From: Nostoc punctiforme PCC 73102
GTDB taxonomy: Bacteria; Cyanobacteriota; Cyanobacteriia; Cyanobacteriales; Nostocaceae
NCBI RefSeq assembly: GCF_000020025.1
Contig: NC_010632.1
Span: 210,001 to 242,000, forward strand
Direction of reading: 5' to 3'
Length of the DNA stretch: 32,000 nt
Part shown: positions 8,490 through 15,979 of the stretch, in pieces
Layout: every line of letters begins with the position of its first letter
Position numbering within the stretch: the first letter of the stretch is position 1
Notes under the pieces: model-generated
Told to the model about the DNA's origin: nothing
The model's input: the letters and a program-made list of their open reading frames with translations, nothing else
The model's database searches: none
Program-made: the position numbers and the translations under genes

Positions 8490-9272
8490 ATGCAATCTAG
8501 CTCAGTGGCCCAAACCATCACTACCATCAACCGCAACAGTGGCTTTTCTGACAACCAAATGGCTTACAGACTGGCGCTGATGATGGAGAAATACCCACTT
8601 TCACAATCAATACACTCAACCCCCGCACTAGACCCCATACAGCGCGAGAATATTATTGGTGAGGTGAGAAATACTCTATCTCTTACGCAAAATGCTGAAA
8701 GTACTGAAGATTACAGGCAATCCCTTAAGGAAAAATACCGCCAAGAGTACGCCCAAAAATTTGGTTTAAACAAATCCGAGGAAACACCTGATATAGATAA
8801 CTCAACAAGAGTTGAAGATTTGATCAATGAAAAGAAAAAGACATTCTTGCAGCAGATATTAGAAACTAAAGGGCGCAAACTACCTTTTGTTGACAGCCAA
8901 CAGTCAAAATCGGTTGAGAGTGATTTTGATCAGGTTGCTAAAAAGTCTCTCATTCCTGCACTAATGAATATTATCGTTACAAAGGGACAAGATACTATTG
9001 GCGGTCGGGTCTATGAAGGTATGGCTTATCAATTAAATTTGTTGATGAGAGAAGGTATGCAGCGTCTGACTGTTTGGCGCAAAAGTGATAATCAATCGGC
9101 TTTTAGTGCTTATAAAGTAGATACTAAGGAAGAATACAAGGTAATACACAATCACCTTTCACCACAAGAAACACAAAAGCTGATCAACTTTGATATAAGA
9201 GTGCAACAGCAACAGCTACCGTCACAGCAACAACAAAACGAGCCATCTCCTGACGGCCCAGAGTTAGACTAA
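8490..9272 (+). CDS. Hypothetical protein (260 aa from ATG 8490; possible TTG start at 8475)
   Basis: Last ORF of the plus-strand operon, beginning 8-23 nt after the stop of the 1369-aa gene. Its C-terminal part (8946-9204) resembles a module inside the 1369-aa protein (see findings). Q-rich tail. Confidence 0.55.
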   Translation: MQSSSVAQTITTINRNSGFSDNQMAYRLALMMEKYPLSQSIHSTPALDPIQRENIIGEVRNTLSLTQNAESTEDYRQSLKEKYRQEYAQKFGLNKSEETPDIDNSTRVEDLINEKKKTFLQQILETKGRKLPFVDSQQSKSVESDFDQVAKKSLIPALMNIIVTKGQDTIGGRVYEGMAYQLNLLMREGMQRLTVWRKSDNQSAFSAYKVDTKEEYKVIHNHLSPQETQKLINFDIRVQQQQLPSQQQQNEPSPDGPELD

Positions 9273-9511
9273 CTAAAATACCCGACAAACAACCCAAGAA
9301 TGTACGCACTTACTAAGACATATCGCTTCATCACCCGCTCAAATTGTGACCAGGGTGAGATGATGACAGCTAATACTATGTAAAATAATGCTTGTAGAAA
9401 ATCGTTGTGCCCCAGTTTGATGATTGCCGCTATCATCAAAGCCGCAAAAATTAGAAATTCCACTCCTGTTTCAATCCTGTCCCAAAGTTTCACATCAGAT
9501 AGATAGCGCAT
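9269..9511 (-). CDS. Small two-TM membrane protein (80 aa)
   Basis: MRYLSDVKLWDRIETGVEFLIFAALMIAAIIKLG...LFYIVLAVIISPW...YVLVSAYILGLFVGYF has two to three hydrophobic helices. ATG 9511 overlaps the kinase stop (9495-9497) by 17 nt. The track start at 9568 lies deep inside the kinase gene and is less likely. Confidence 0.45.
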   Translation of the reverse strand: MRYLSDVKLWDRIETGVEFLIFAALMIAAIIKLGHNDFLQALFYIVLAVIISPWSQFERVMKRYVLVSAYILGLFVGYFS

Positions 9512-10259
9512 CTTGTAACCTCTGCGATTTGGGCAACATCCTACCATCAAGCCCATAAATCCCGTCATCTTTGTAAGGAAATATAATGGTGAATTTGGTT
9601 CCTTGTTTGGCTACCGAGTTTACGCTTATCTTCAAACCATGAGCATGAGCCACACATAAGGCGATGTACAGTCCTAGTCCCATGCCTGATTGATGTAATA
9701 AATTGCTATTTGGCGCTCGCCATAATGGGATAAATATATTTGATAGTTGTTCTGCGGCAATTCCACAGCCGGTATCTTCAATCTCGATCGCTAAATCATC
9801 TTCTTGATTGAGCAGCCTTAAAAAGATATCTCCGGCAAGAGTGTACTTAATAGCATTTGTCACAAGATTACACAGCATTCTGTCAATACTTATGCTGTCA
9901 CCCTGTACTTGCGTTCCATGCTTGTACGATGATTGAGTTTCGTAGTGGAGATTCAAGGAATGATACTGCGCTATTGGCTTGAATAGAGAATAAGTTGTTT
10001 GTAAAAAACTCAACATATCAAACTGAGCTACTGTTACTGGTTTAGCTTCTTGAGAGACTCTGTTAGCTTCAACCAAGCTCATACCCCGATCATTAGTATC
10101 TCGTAGGGCTATCAGAAATGGTCTGATTTCTTCTAAAGAGTATCCATAAGCGCCATCAATTAACTGATTTACAATCAACGATGCCCCTTTAAAAGAATTT
10201 GACACATCATGGAGTAAGGCTGATAAATCCAACTGTTTGCTTAAAACTTCCTGTTGCAT
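9495..10259 (-). CDS. Histidine kinase core (HisKA + HATPase_c) with no sensor or TM domain
   Basis: H-box LSALLHDVSNSF (His codon at 10209-10211). N-box LCNLVTNAIKYT. G1 IEIEDTGCGI. G2 SGMGLGLYIA. The protein starts immediately at the dimerisation helix, leaving no N-terminal input domain. Confidence 0.85.
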   Translation of the reverse strand: MQQEVLSKQLDLSALLHDVSNSFKGASLIVNQLIDGAYGYSLEEIRPFLIALRDTNDRGMSLVEANRVSQEAKPVTVAQFDMLSFLQTTYSLFKPIAQYHSLNLHYETQSSYKHGTQVQGDSISIDRMLCNLVTNAIKYTLAGDIFLRLLNQEDDLAIEIEDTGCGIAAEQLSNIFIPLWRAPNSNLLHQSGMGLGLYIALCVAHAHGLKISVNSVAKQGTKFTIIFPYKDDGIYGLDGRMLPKSQRLQDALSI

Positions 10260-10516
10260 AACTATGTTTCCAACGACAGATGGTTATTTTGGCTACTTTT
10301 ATAAATAAATACTAATTATGTCTATAAGATTTGAGAATGTTTTTATTTTAGTTCTAAAAAAAAATTATTCAATCAAGCTTTAGTAGTAAACTTTCTTCCA
10401 TTTATCTGGAAAGAGTTCTTCTTGCTTATATTTTATATTACAGACACAAAAAGTAAAAGGCTTAACACCAACAACTATGTTATAAATATTGAGTCATCTT
10501 ATAATCGAAGTGATCT

Positions 10517-11170
10517 ATGATTCGATTAACGCTCATTGAGGATGAAGAACTCATTAGGTTGGGGATCACTACCGCTATCAATCAACAACCAGATATGGAA
10601 ATGGTCGGCGTTGCTCGTAGTGGTATTGAAGGGATTAATTTAGTTAAGGAATTAAATCCCGATGTGATTTTGGTGGATATTGGTTTACCCGACATATCGG
10701 GGCTAGAAGTGATCAAAGAGGTCAAAATCAATAGCAAGACTAAAATTGTTGTTCTTTCTTCCCATTCTTCTCAAGGTACTGTTCAATCAGCTTTAAATGC
10801 CGGCGCTGATTCTTACATTCTCAAAAAGAATAATGTTCCTCTAATTTTGGAAGCAATTAAAACCACATTCTACGATAACAAGTCTTTTTTTGACCCTGAT
10901 ATTAGCCGACATAATTTTTTATTCCAGCAGAAAATTAAGGGGAAGACTTACCAAGATCATCTTAGTGCCACTGAAATGCAAATCATCTCTTTGATGGCAG
11001 ATGGTTCTTCTAATAAGCTGATTGCCGAGCGGTTATTTATTACTGAAAGTACCGTTAAAGGCCATATTAACAAGATTTTTGCGAAGTTAGATGTCAAGGA
11101 TCGCGTCAATGCTCTGATTGAAGCTAGTAAACTTGGGTACATCGAACAAGATTACCTGAAAGTAGGTTAG
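10517..11170 (+). CDS. NarL/FixJ-type response regulator (REC + LuxR HTH)
   Basis: REC domain with DEE acidic pocket (IEDEELIR), phospho-acceptor Asp in ILVDIGLPD (gat 10676-10678) and a conserved Lys (YILKK). C-terminal LuxR/GerE HTH: LSATEMQIISLMADGSSNKLIAERLFITESTVKGHINKIFAKLDV. Confidence 0.9.
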   Translation: MIRLTLIEDEELIRLGITTAINQQPDMEMVGVARSGIEGINLVKELNPDVILVDIGLPDISGLEVIKEVKINSKTKIVVLSSHSSQGTVQSALNAGADSYILKKNNVPLILEAIKTTFYDNKSFFDPDISRHNFLFQQKIKGKTYQDHLSATEMQIISLMADGSSNKLIAERLFITESTVKGHINKIFAKLDVKDRVNALIEASKLGYIEQDYLKVG

Positions 11171-11180
11171 CTACTTATAC

Positions 11181-11213
11181 CAATTCGCAATTCGCAATTC
11201 GCAATTCGCAATT
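11181..11213. repeat. STRR-type tandem heptamer (CAATTCG)x4 plus a partial unit
   Basis: Directly visible: caattcgcaattcgcaattcgcaattcgcaatt, just downstream of the response-regulator stop. Confidence 0.95.
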
Positions 11214-11259
11214 AAGAAACTTAGATGCAGCAAAACTTTCCTAATTTACATCTGTTGCC

Positions 11260-11868
11260 TCATTTTGGAGAATTGGTATTACTCACTTGAATTAAACAAT
11301 AGCCTTGGGTTTTACTCTGCTGTGTTTGACAGGCTTCAATCGCTGCTTGATTCTTCAAGATGATTTGATACATTTGTTTACCCTCTTGGGATTTTGCCCA
11401 CTGGAGAATCTTTATCTCGTTACGTGAGACTACTACTGACTGATTCGTTCCTATATTTTGCACCAGATTCCATGTGGTCAGTGAACCCAGCAAGGTACTG
11501 CCAGCCGCGACTAATCCACACACAAGAGATACTGTCCCCAATCCCCAGCCTGCCTGCACTTTCATGCCTGTGCCGGTGGGCTTGATTTTTTTGATCTCAT
11601 CACGTACAGCATTTGACACAACTGTATAATGCATTGATTCGGCTTGTTTGCTTGTCTTATCCAGTTTTTGGTCTATCAGTGCTGCCCACGCCTCTATCAT
11701 TGCCTCCATTCTTGCCTGGAGGTCTATGATCGTTTCTTCATATCTGCCCAGTGTCGCCATCATCCTAAAAACTGGATCATCTGGTGTAATTCCTAGTTTA
11801 TATGCCCCTTCAACTATGCGTTTTTGTTCTGATGGGGAGTAGCCTTGTAATGTGTCTTGTACTCGCAT
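11260..11868 (-). CDS. Hypothetical protein with a central TM segment (202 aa)
   Basis: Long ORF at the end of the minus-strand block. Hydrophobic stretch GWGLGTVSLVCGLVAAGSTLLGSL. No motif recognised. Confidence 0.55.
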   Translation of the reverse strand: MRVQDTLQGYSPSEQKRIVEGAYKLGITPDDPVFRMMATLGRYEETIIDLQARMEAMIEAWAALIDQKLDKTSKQAESMHYTVVSNAVRDEIKKIKPTGTGMKVQAGWGLGTVSLVCGLVAAGSTLLGSLTTWNLVQNIGTNQSVVVSRNEIKILQWAKSQEGKQMYQIILKNQAAIEACQTQQSKTQGYCLIQVSNTNSPK

Positions 11869-11897
11869 TTCTCACAAGCTCCTTTGCGTTTAATGAT

Positions 11898-12010
11898 GAG
11901 TAATAAGTAATGGGTAATGAGTAAAGAGTAAAGAGTAAGAAGTAATGAGTAAAAAACAAGAAATAAGATATTGAAGTATTCGCTCATAACTCATAACTCA
12001 TAACTCATAA
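11898..12010. repeat. Two opposed heptamer arrays: (RRGTAAD)x8 at 11898-11953 and (CTCATAA)x4 at 11983-12010
   Basis: gagtaat aagtaat gggtaat gagtaaa gagtaaa gagtaag aagtaat gagtaaa ... ctcataa x4. The reverse complement of the second array (GAGTTAT)n differs from the first by about one position per unit, so the two arrays can pair as an imperfect long hairpin. Confidence 0.85.
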
Positions 12011-12054
12011 CTCCTCCATTCGAGGTGTGTTGAGAAATCCGGGTTGTAGTGTCA

Positions 12055-12753
12055 TCAATCAAGCCCTAGATATTTAATAGCCAAATGGTTATTCATCACT
12101 GAATGATGAAACTTTTTAATCCACTGAAAAATGAAGCTTCTCCAAAACAAAATTATTGAGAGATCCTGGCAAACTTGTGAATATGGTTTATCAGCCTTTT
12201 CCATCGCTTGATAATGATTCCGATGTAGAGCCATTAATTCTACTTCTGTCCCTCCTATGATTAACAGCTTTTTCCGCATCTTCTCCTCATATTCTCTAAA
12301 CTCTGGCGCAAAATGGTAATTTTTCACTACCACGTAGTTGGCGTTATTAGTCGCGTTCTGGATGATTGCATTTAAGTAATATATACAGTCTTTCCTGTGA
12401 GAAATAGGTTGAAGAAATGTTAAATTCCAACCAAATTTTACTACAACCTCAAATAAGCTAGCACTCTCGATATATTGAATTACTTTTTCAATATCTTGTC
12501 CGGGCATATCAACAATCATCACATCTAACTCAGGATGATTTAAGTCATCTGTTATTGCATCAGCATCGTCATTTGATAAATTAAACTTCTTAATGGTTGC
12601 TATATGTTCATAAGCCTGAAATACAGGGAATGATTCTTGGTTATAAACCTTTATCCGTTTTCCTTGCTGGGCGAATATTTCTAGCAATAGCTTGATAACT
12701 GTAGACTTACCCACCCGCGCATCTCCTACAGTTATAATCATTCTCTTTGACAT
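12055..12753 (-). CDS. ParA/MinD-superfamily P-loop NTPase (TraL/VirC1-like), 232 aa
   Basis: N-terminal P-loop MIITVGDARVGKSTVIKLL. VMIVDMPG Walker B-like strand. Paralogous to the C-terminal half of the upstream 394-aa protein (…VVKNYHFAPEF… versus …IVKNSFYGEAE…). Starts 8 nt after the upstream stop. Confidence 0.65.
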   Translation of the reverse strand: MSKRMIITVGDARVGKSTVIKLLLEIFAQQGKRIKVYNQESFPVFQAYEHIATIKKFNLSNDDADAITDDLNHPELDVMIVDMPGQDIEKVIQYIESASLFEVVVKFGWNLTFLQPISHRKDCIYYLNAIIQNATNNANYVVVKNYHFAPEFREYEEKMRKKLLIIGGTEVELMALHRNHYQAMEKADKPYSQVCQDLSIILFWRSFIFQWIKKFHHSVMNNHLAIKYLGLD

Positions 12754-12761
12754 CTTTATTC

Positions 12762-13946
12762 CTATTCGGATAAAATCTTCTCTATGCCAAATAAATCTTT
12801 TTTTGGCTTTATTTGCCCTTTAAAATTGTTCAACCAGCTTAAGACTCTACCAAATACAGACGGATATTCATCTTGTTCAAGTCCTTGTCTAAATGTCAAA
12901 TTTTTCACATCTAAATAATCGTAGGATTTTTTCGCTAGTTTTGGCATATTTATACTTGTGAAATCATGCCCTGTTGCTTTTACTTGCTGTTCAATTGCTT
13001 TTATTTCTTTTGAATTATCATAAAAAGCAAATTGTTCCGCCTCTCCGTAAAACGAATTTTTTACTATTATATAATCCACTCGATCACCGCAGAAACTATA
13101 TAGTTCTAGTAGTTGAGTTATACAATCAATTATTGTGCTAATAACTACTACTATCGTCACCCGCATTTTACATTTATTATTTACTACATCTAAAAACCCC
13201 ATCTCGGTTATTAAAATTTTTAAAGTTGGCAGAAATTGTGATGGTGTTTCTAGTAGTATCAAAGATTTTTCCTCTTGATTTTTCCCAGATTCTTTTGATT
13301 TGGGATACACTAATTCTTTTAAATTATCTACAAATTCGTCTAATTTATCTGAGTTAGATATATCTAAACGATGAATATTTGCAGCTTTTTCATAAAATCT
13401 GATCAAGTGTGGATTAGAATTATCCGCGTCTAACCCGACAAAGTTTACTGCGTTATCTATGTAAGTTTGCGCTAAACCTCTGGCAAAGGTTGACTTACCA
13501 ACACCTCCTTTATCTCCTGTCACCATTACTAATCTTCTTAGTTGTTCTGGATTATCTTTATTCTTGTTATTCTTATTATTACTTTCGGATACTGGATTAT
13601 TAGACTGTGTATTAATAGTCTTTTCTTCTATCGTATTGTTAAGTGCTATATTGTCGGTCACTGGGCTGTATAACTCTGTATTACTAGTCTTTTCTTCTAT
13701 CGTATTGTTAAGTGCTATATTGTCGGGTGTTAGGCTGTCTAGCTCTGTATTACTAGTCTTTTCTTCTGTCACATTGTTGGGTGGTACATTGTCGGGTGCT
13801 GTGCTATCGGGATCTGTATTACTAGTGTTTTCTTCTATCGCATTGTTGGGTGCTATATTGTTAAACTGTGTATTAGTAAAGGGTTGATCTGCCAAATTGT
13901 TGCCAGTATTTCGGTTATTATCGTTGGCTATCTTAATAGTCATCAT
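12762..13946 (-). CDS. ParA/MinD-superfamily P-loop NTPase with an N-terminal 23-aa tandem-repeat extension, 394 aa
   Basis: Deviant Walker A VMVTGDKGGVGKSTFARGL. VGLDADNSNPHL. The N-terminal ~125 aa are four 23-aa repeats (NN.IEEKTSNTEL.S...DNIAL) encoded by a 69-bp tandem repeat. Confidence 0.7.
   Translation of the reverse strand: MMTIKIANDNNRNTGNNLADQPFTNTQFNNIAPNNAIEENTSNTDPDSTAPDNVPPNNVTEEKTSNTELDSLTPDNIALNNTIEEKTSNTELYSPVTDNIALNNTIEEKTINTQSNNPVSESNNKNNKNKDNPEQLRRLVMVTGDKGGVGKSTFARGLAQTYIDNAVNFVGLDADNSNPHLIRFYEKAANIHRLDISNSDKLDEFVDNLKELVYPKSKESGKNQEEKSLILLETPSQFLPTLKILITEMGFLDVVNNKCKMRVTIVVVISTIIDCITQLLELYSFCGDRVDYIIVKNSFYGEAEQFAFYDNSKEIKAIEQQVKATGHDFTSINMPKLAKKSYDYLDVKNLTFRQGLEQDEYPSVFGRVLSWLNNFKGQIKPKKDLFGIEKILSE
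13608..13883. repeat. In-frame 69-bp tandem repeat x4 inside the 394-aa gene
   Basis: Units begin with tgtattaMtagtSttttcttct at 13608, 13677, 13746 and 13815, an exact 69-bp period. A partial fifth unit starts near 13868. Confidence 0.9.
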
Positions 13947-13976
13947 TCTTCTTCCTTTTGATATTGACTAATTGTT

Positions 13977-14303
13977 TTACAGATACTGTCTTTGAAATAT
14001 CGGTCGGATTTTAATTCGTACCCAATGCACAAATTTATTAATCAAGTCTGCTTTTACAATCGTCTTCAAGCTATTGATGGCTGTAAAATTTAAAGTTTTT
14101 ATTTTTACTACCTCTTCTTCAATAACTACATAACGTTCTTGACTGTGAATGTTCATCAGTATTACCTTTTCGTTATTTAGTTCTGCTGCAACGACGTTGA
14201 ACACATCTTCGGCAAATATCTCTAGCCCTAATGGGGTAGAGATTACTCGCACCGTGCTACCCAAAGGGTGATCAAATTCCCAATATGTCCATACTCTTCC
14301 CAT
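13977..14303 (-). CDS. Small protein with BRO-N/antirepressor-like pattern (108 aa)
   Basis: STVRVISTPLGLEIFAEDVFNVV ... NKFVHWVRIKIRPIF resembles the BRO-N pattern (vRvv..dG.pwF.a.Dv...L ... Fk.Wv...vlP.i). The resemblance is weak and judged by eye only. Confidence 0.35.
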   Translation of the reverse strand: MGRVWTYWEFDHPLGSTVRVISTPLGLEIFAEDVFNVVAAELNNEKVILMNIHSQERYVVIEEEVVKIKTLNFTAINSLKTIVKADLINKFVHWVRIKIRPIFQRQYL

Positions 14304-14882
14304 AAATAGATTGCCATATTTGATTCAACACACGAAGCTATTTAGGTACTGTTTTTTTCAGTACTATGGTTTCTTGATTTTTCAAAAATACGTTATACAA
14401 TTACTAGCGATTCTTTTTGGTTTTCAAAGGATTGCTGCTATCAACACCAATATTATTCTTTGGCTGATGATAACGGTTGAATGTTAAGCCGATCACCAAC
14501 CTTGATATTGGCAGTGCCTGTTGCTAGCTCTAGCACTTGATTGGCAACTTTCCCCTTGTAGATGGGGCAAGGGTTTTTGTAGCACGGTTTGGCATTGTAA
14601 ACCGCAGTTGTCACCACATTGTCCTTAAGATAAAAGATGTCTAATGGAAAATTTACCTTGTACATCCAAAAAGGCACGTTGTAAATTTCTCCTCCCAGGT
14701 TGAATAACATCCCGCTATCACCGTTTAAGGATGAGCGAAATTTCAGCCCTTTCTCTAATTGCTCTGGTGTAGAGGCGATTGAGAGCTTAAATGTGCGATT
14801 GCCTTTCGTGAGAATGTGCGTAACTGGTAAATCCTGGGGACGAGTTTGGGCGTAACCCAGCGCCACAGTGCCAATGATAATA

Positions 14883-15883
14883 GACTTGTCGGGAAATAAG
14901 AGAGAATAGACAGCAGTGGTAGGGAAGAATGATGCTGAATATTGAAGGTGCGCTGAAGCAAGACCGACTGTTGAGGGCATTAACTGGGTTGAACCGGAAA
15001 GCATTTGATGCCCTTTTGCCCACGTTTACCACGATGTACCTAGATACTCAACAGGCCAAGCCTCGTCAACGTGGCCTGGGTGGAGGACGCAAAGCCCGCT
15101 TACTTACAGCCCAAGACAAATTGTTTTTCATCCTTTTCTATTTCAAATGTTATCCGACCTTTGATGTGGCGGGACTGCTCTTTGATATGCATCGCTCCCA
15201 GGCACATGAGTGGATGCATCGATTGCAGCCAATATTAGAAGCGGCTTTGGGACAGAAGATGGCGCTGCCGGAACGCCATCTCGAAAGCATTGAAGCATTT
15301 TTGTCACGCTTTCCAGGAGTGCAACGAGTGATGATTGATGGGACAGAACGCCCAATTGCGCGACCTCAAGAAAGAGAACAACAACAACAGAATTACTCCG
15401 GTAAAAAGAAACGTCATACGCGTAAACACTTGGCGGCAGTTGATGAAACCAAACGGGTCTTGATCTTAAGCAAAGCACGAGAAGGCAAACTGCATGACAA
15501 ACGTTTTCATGACGAAGATGACATTGCAGGTAGTGTGCCTGATGAAATTCCGATTGAAGTAGACTCGGGCTTTCAGGGATTACAGAAGCAGTATGACAAT
15601 CTCCATCTTCCTCACAAAAAGCCCAAAGGGGGCAAGTTAAGTGACCTTCAAAAAACGGAGAATCGTCAATTGAGTCAATCCCGTGTAGTTTGCGAAAATG
15701 CCTTTGCTGGTGTGAAGCGCTACAACGCCGCCAGTGTCATTTATCGTAATCGGATTGAAAACTTTGATGACCATTTGATGCTGACCGCAGCAGGATTATG
15801 GAACTTCTACTTGATGGCTGCTTAAGAGAATCCCAATTACAAGACCAGCATTGCCTCACTTATCTTTTATTTCCCGACAACTC
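14883..15883 (+). mobile_element. IS5-family-like insertion sequence (~1.0 kb) with imperfect terminal inverted repeats and a TA target duplication
   Basis: IRL is GACTTGTCGGGAAATAAGAGAG (14883-). The reverse complement of the right end is GAGTTGTCGGGAAATAAAAGAT (ending 15883). It is flanked by TA at 14881-14882 and 15884-15885. The interior looks more GC-rich than its surroundings. Confidence 0.8.
14929..15825 (+). CDS. DDE transposase (IS5-family / DDE_Tnp_4, HARBI1-like)
   Basis: N-terminal HTH region LRALTGLNRKAFDALLP ... LLTAQDKLFFILFYFKCYPTFDVAGLLFDMHRSQAHEWMHRL. DDE blocks VMIDGTERPI, YSGKKKRHTRKHL, IEVDSGFQG and ENAFAGVKRY. Confidence 0.85.
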   Translation: MMLNIEGALKQDRLLRALTGLNRKAFDALLPTFTTMYLDTQQAKPRQRGLGGGRKARLLTAQDKLFFILFYFKCYPTFDVAGLLFDMHRSQAHEWMHRLQPILEAALGQKMALPERHLESIEAFLSRFPGVQRVMIDGTERPIARPQEREQQQQNYSGKKKRHTRKHLAAVDETKRVLILSKAREGKLHDKRFHDEDDIAGSVPDEIPIEVDSGFQGLQKQYDNLHLPHKKPKGGKLSDLQKTENRQLSQSRVVCENAFAGVKRYNAASVIYRNRIENFDDHLMLTAAGLWNFYLMAA

Positions 15884-15979
15884 TAATTAATACTCCAGCA
15901 ACAGGGCCTAGTATGTTCAATAACTTGAAAGCAGCAAGGTATAAATCTTTCTCGTTAGGAATTTTAAGAATTTGCATAA

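Larger units (their letters stand above)
14453..15977 (-). pseudogene. DUF192 (COG1430) family gene interrupted by an IS5-like element
   Basis: Track ORF 14453-15004 is chimeric. From IIIGTVALGYAQTRPQ onward it matches DUF192 (TPEQLEKGLKFRSSL..GMLF..PFWMYKVNFPLDIFYL..VLELATG..VGDRL), but its first ~41 residues are read from inside the IS. Deleting 14883-15883 plus one TA copy joins ATG 15977 (MQILKIPNEKDLYLAAFKLLNILGPVAGVLI) in frame to IIIGTVALGYA. This gives a 173-aa protein with a clean signal-anchor. ATG 15977 lies 2 nt after the AAA+ gene stop. Confidence 0.8.

Noticed and set aside
13564-13887. Track ORF on the plus strand (107 aa, LLVFSSIVLLSAILS repeats)
   Set aside because: It is the antisense reading of the 69-bp tandem repeat inside the 394-aa ParA-like gene. 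Its periodic, hydrophobic-looking sequence is an artefact of the repeat.
14453-15032. 183-aa ORF taken at face value, plus the overlapping minus-strand ORFs 14755-14961 and 14787-15032
   Set aside because: The 5' ~120 nt of the 183-aa ORF lie inside the IS5-like element, so the real gene continues at 15884-15977. The other two ORFs are alternative frames spanning the IS boundary or the DUF192 body.
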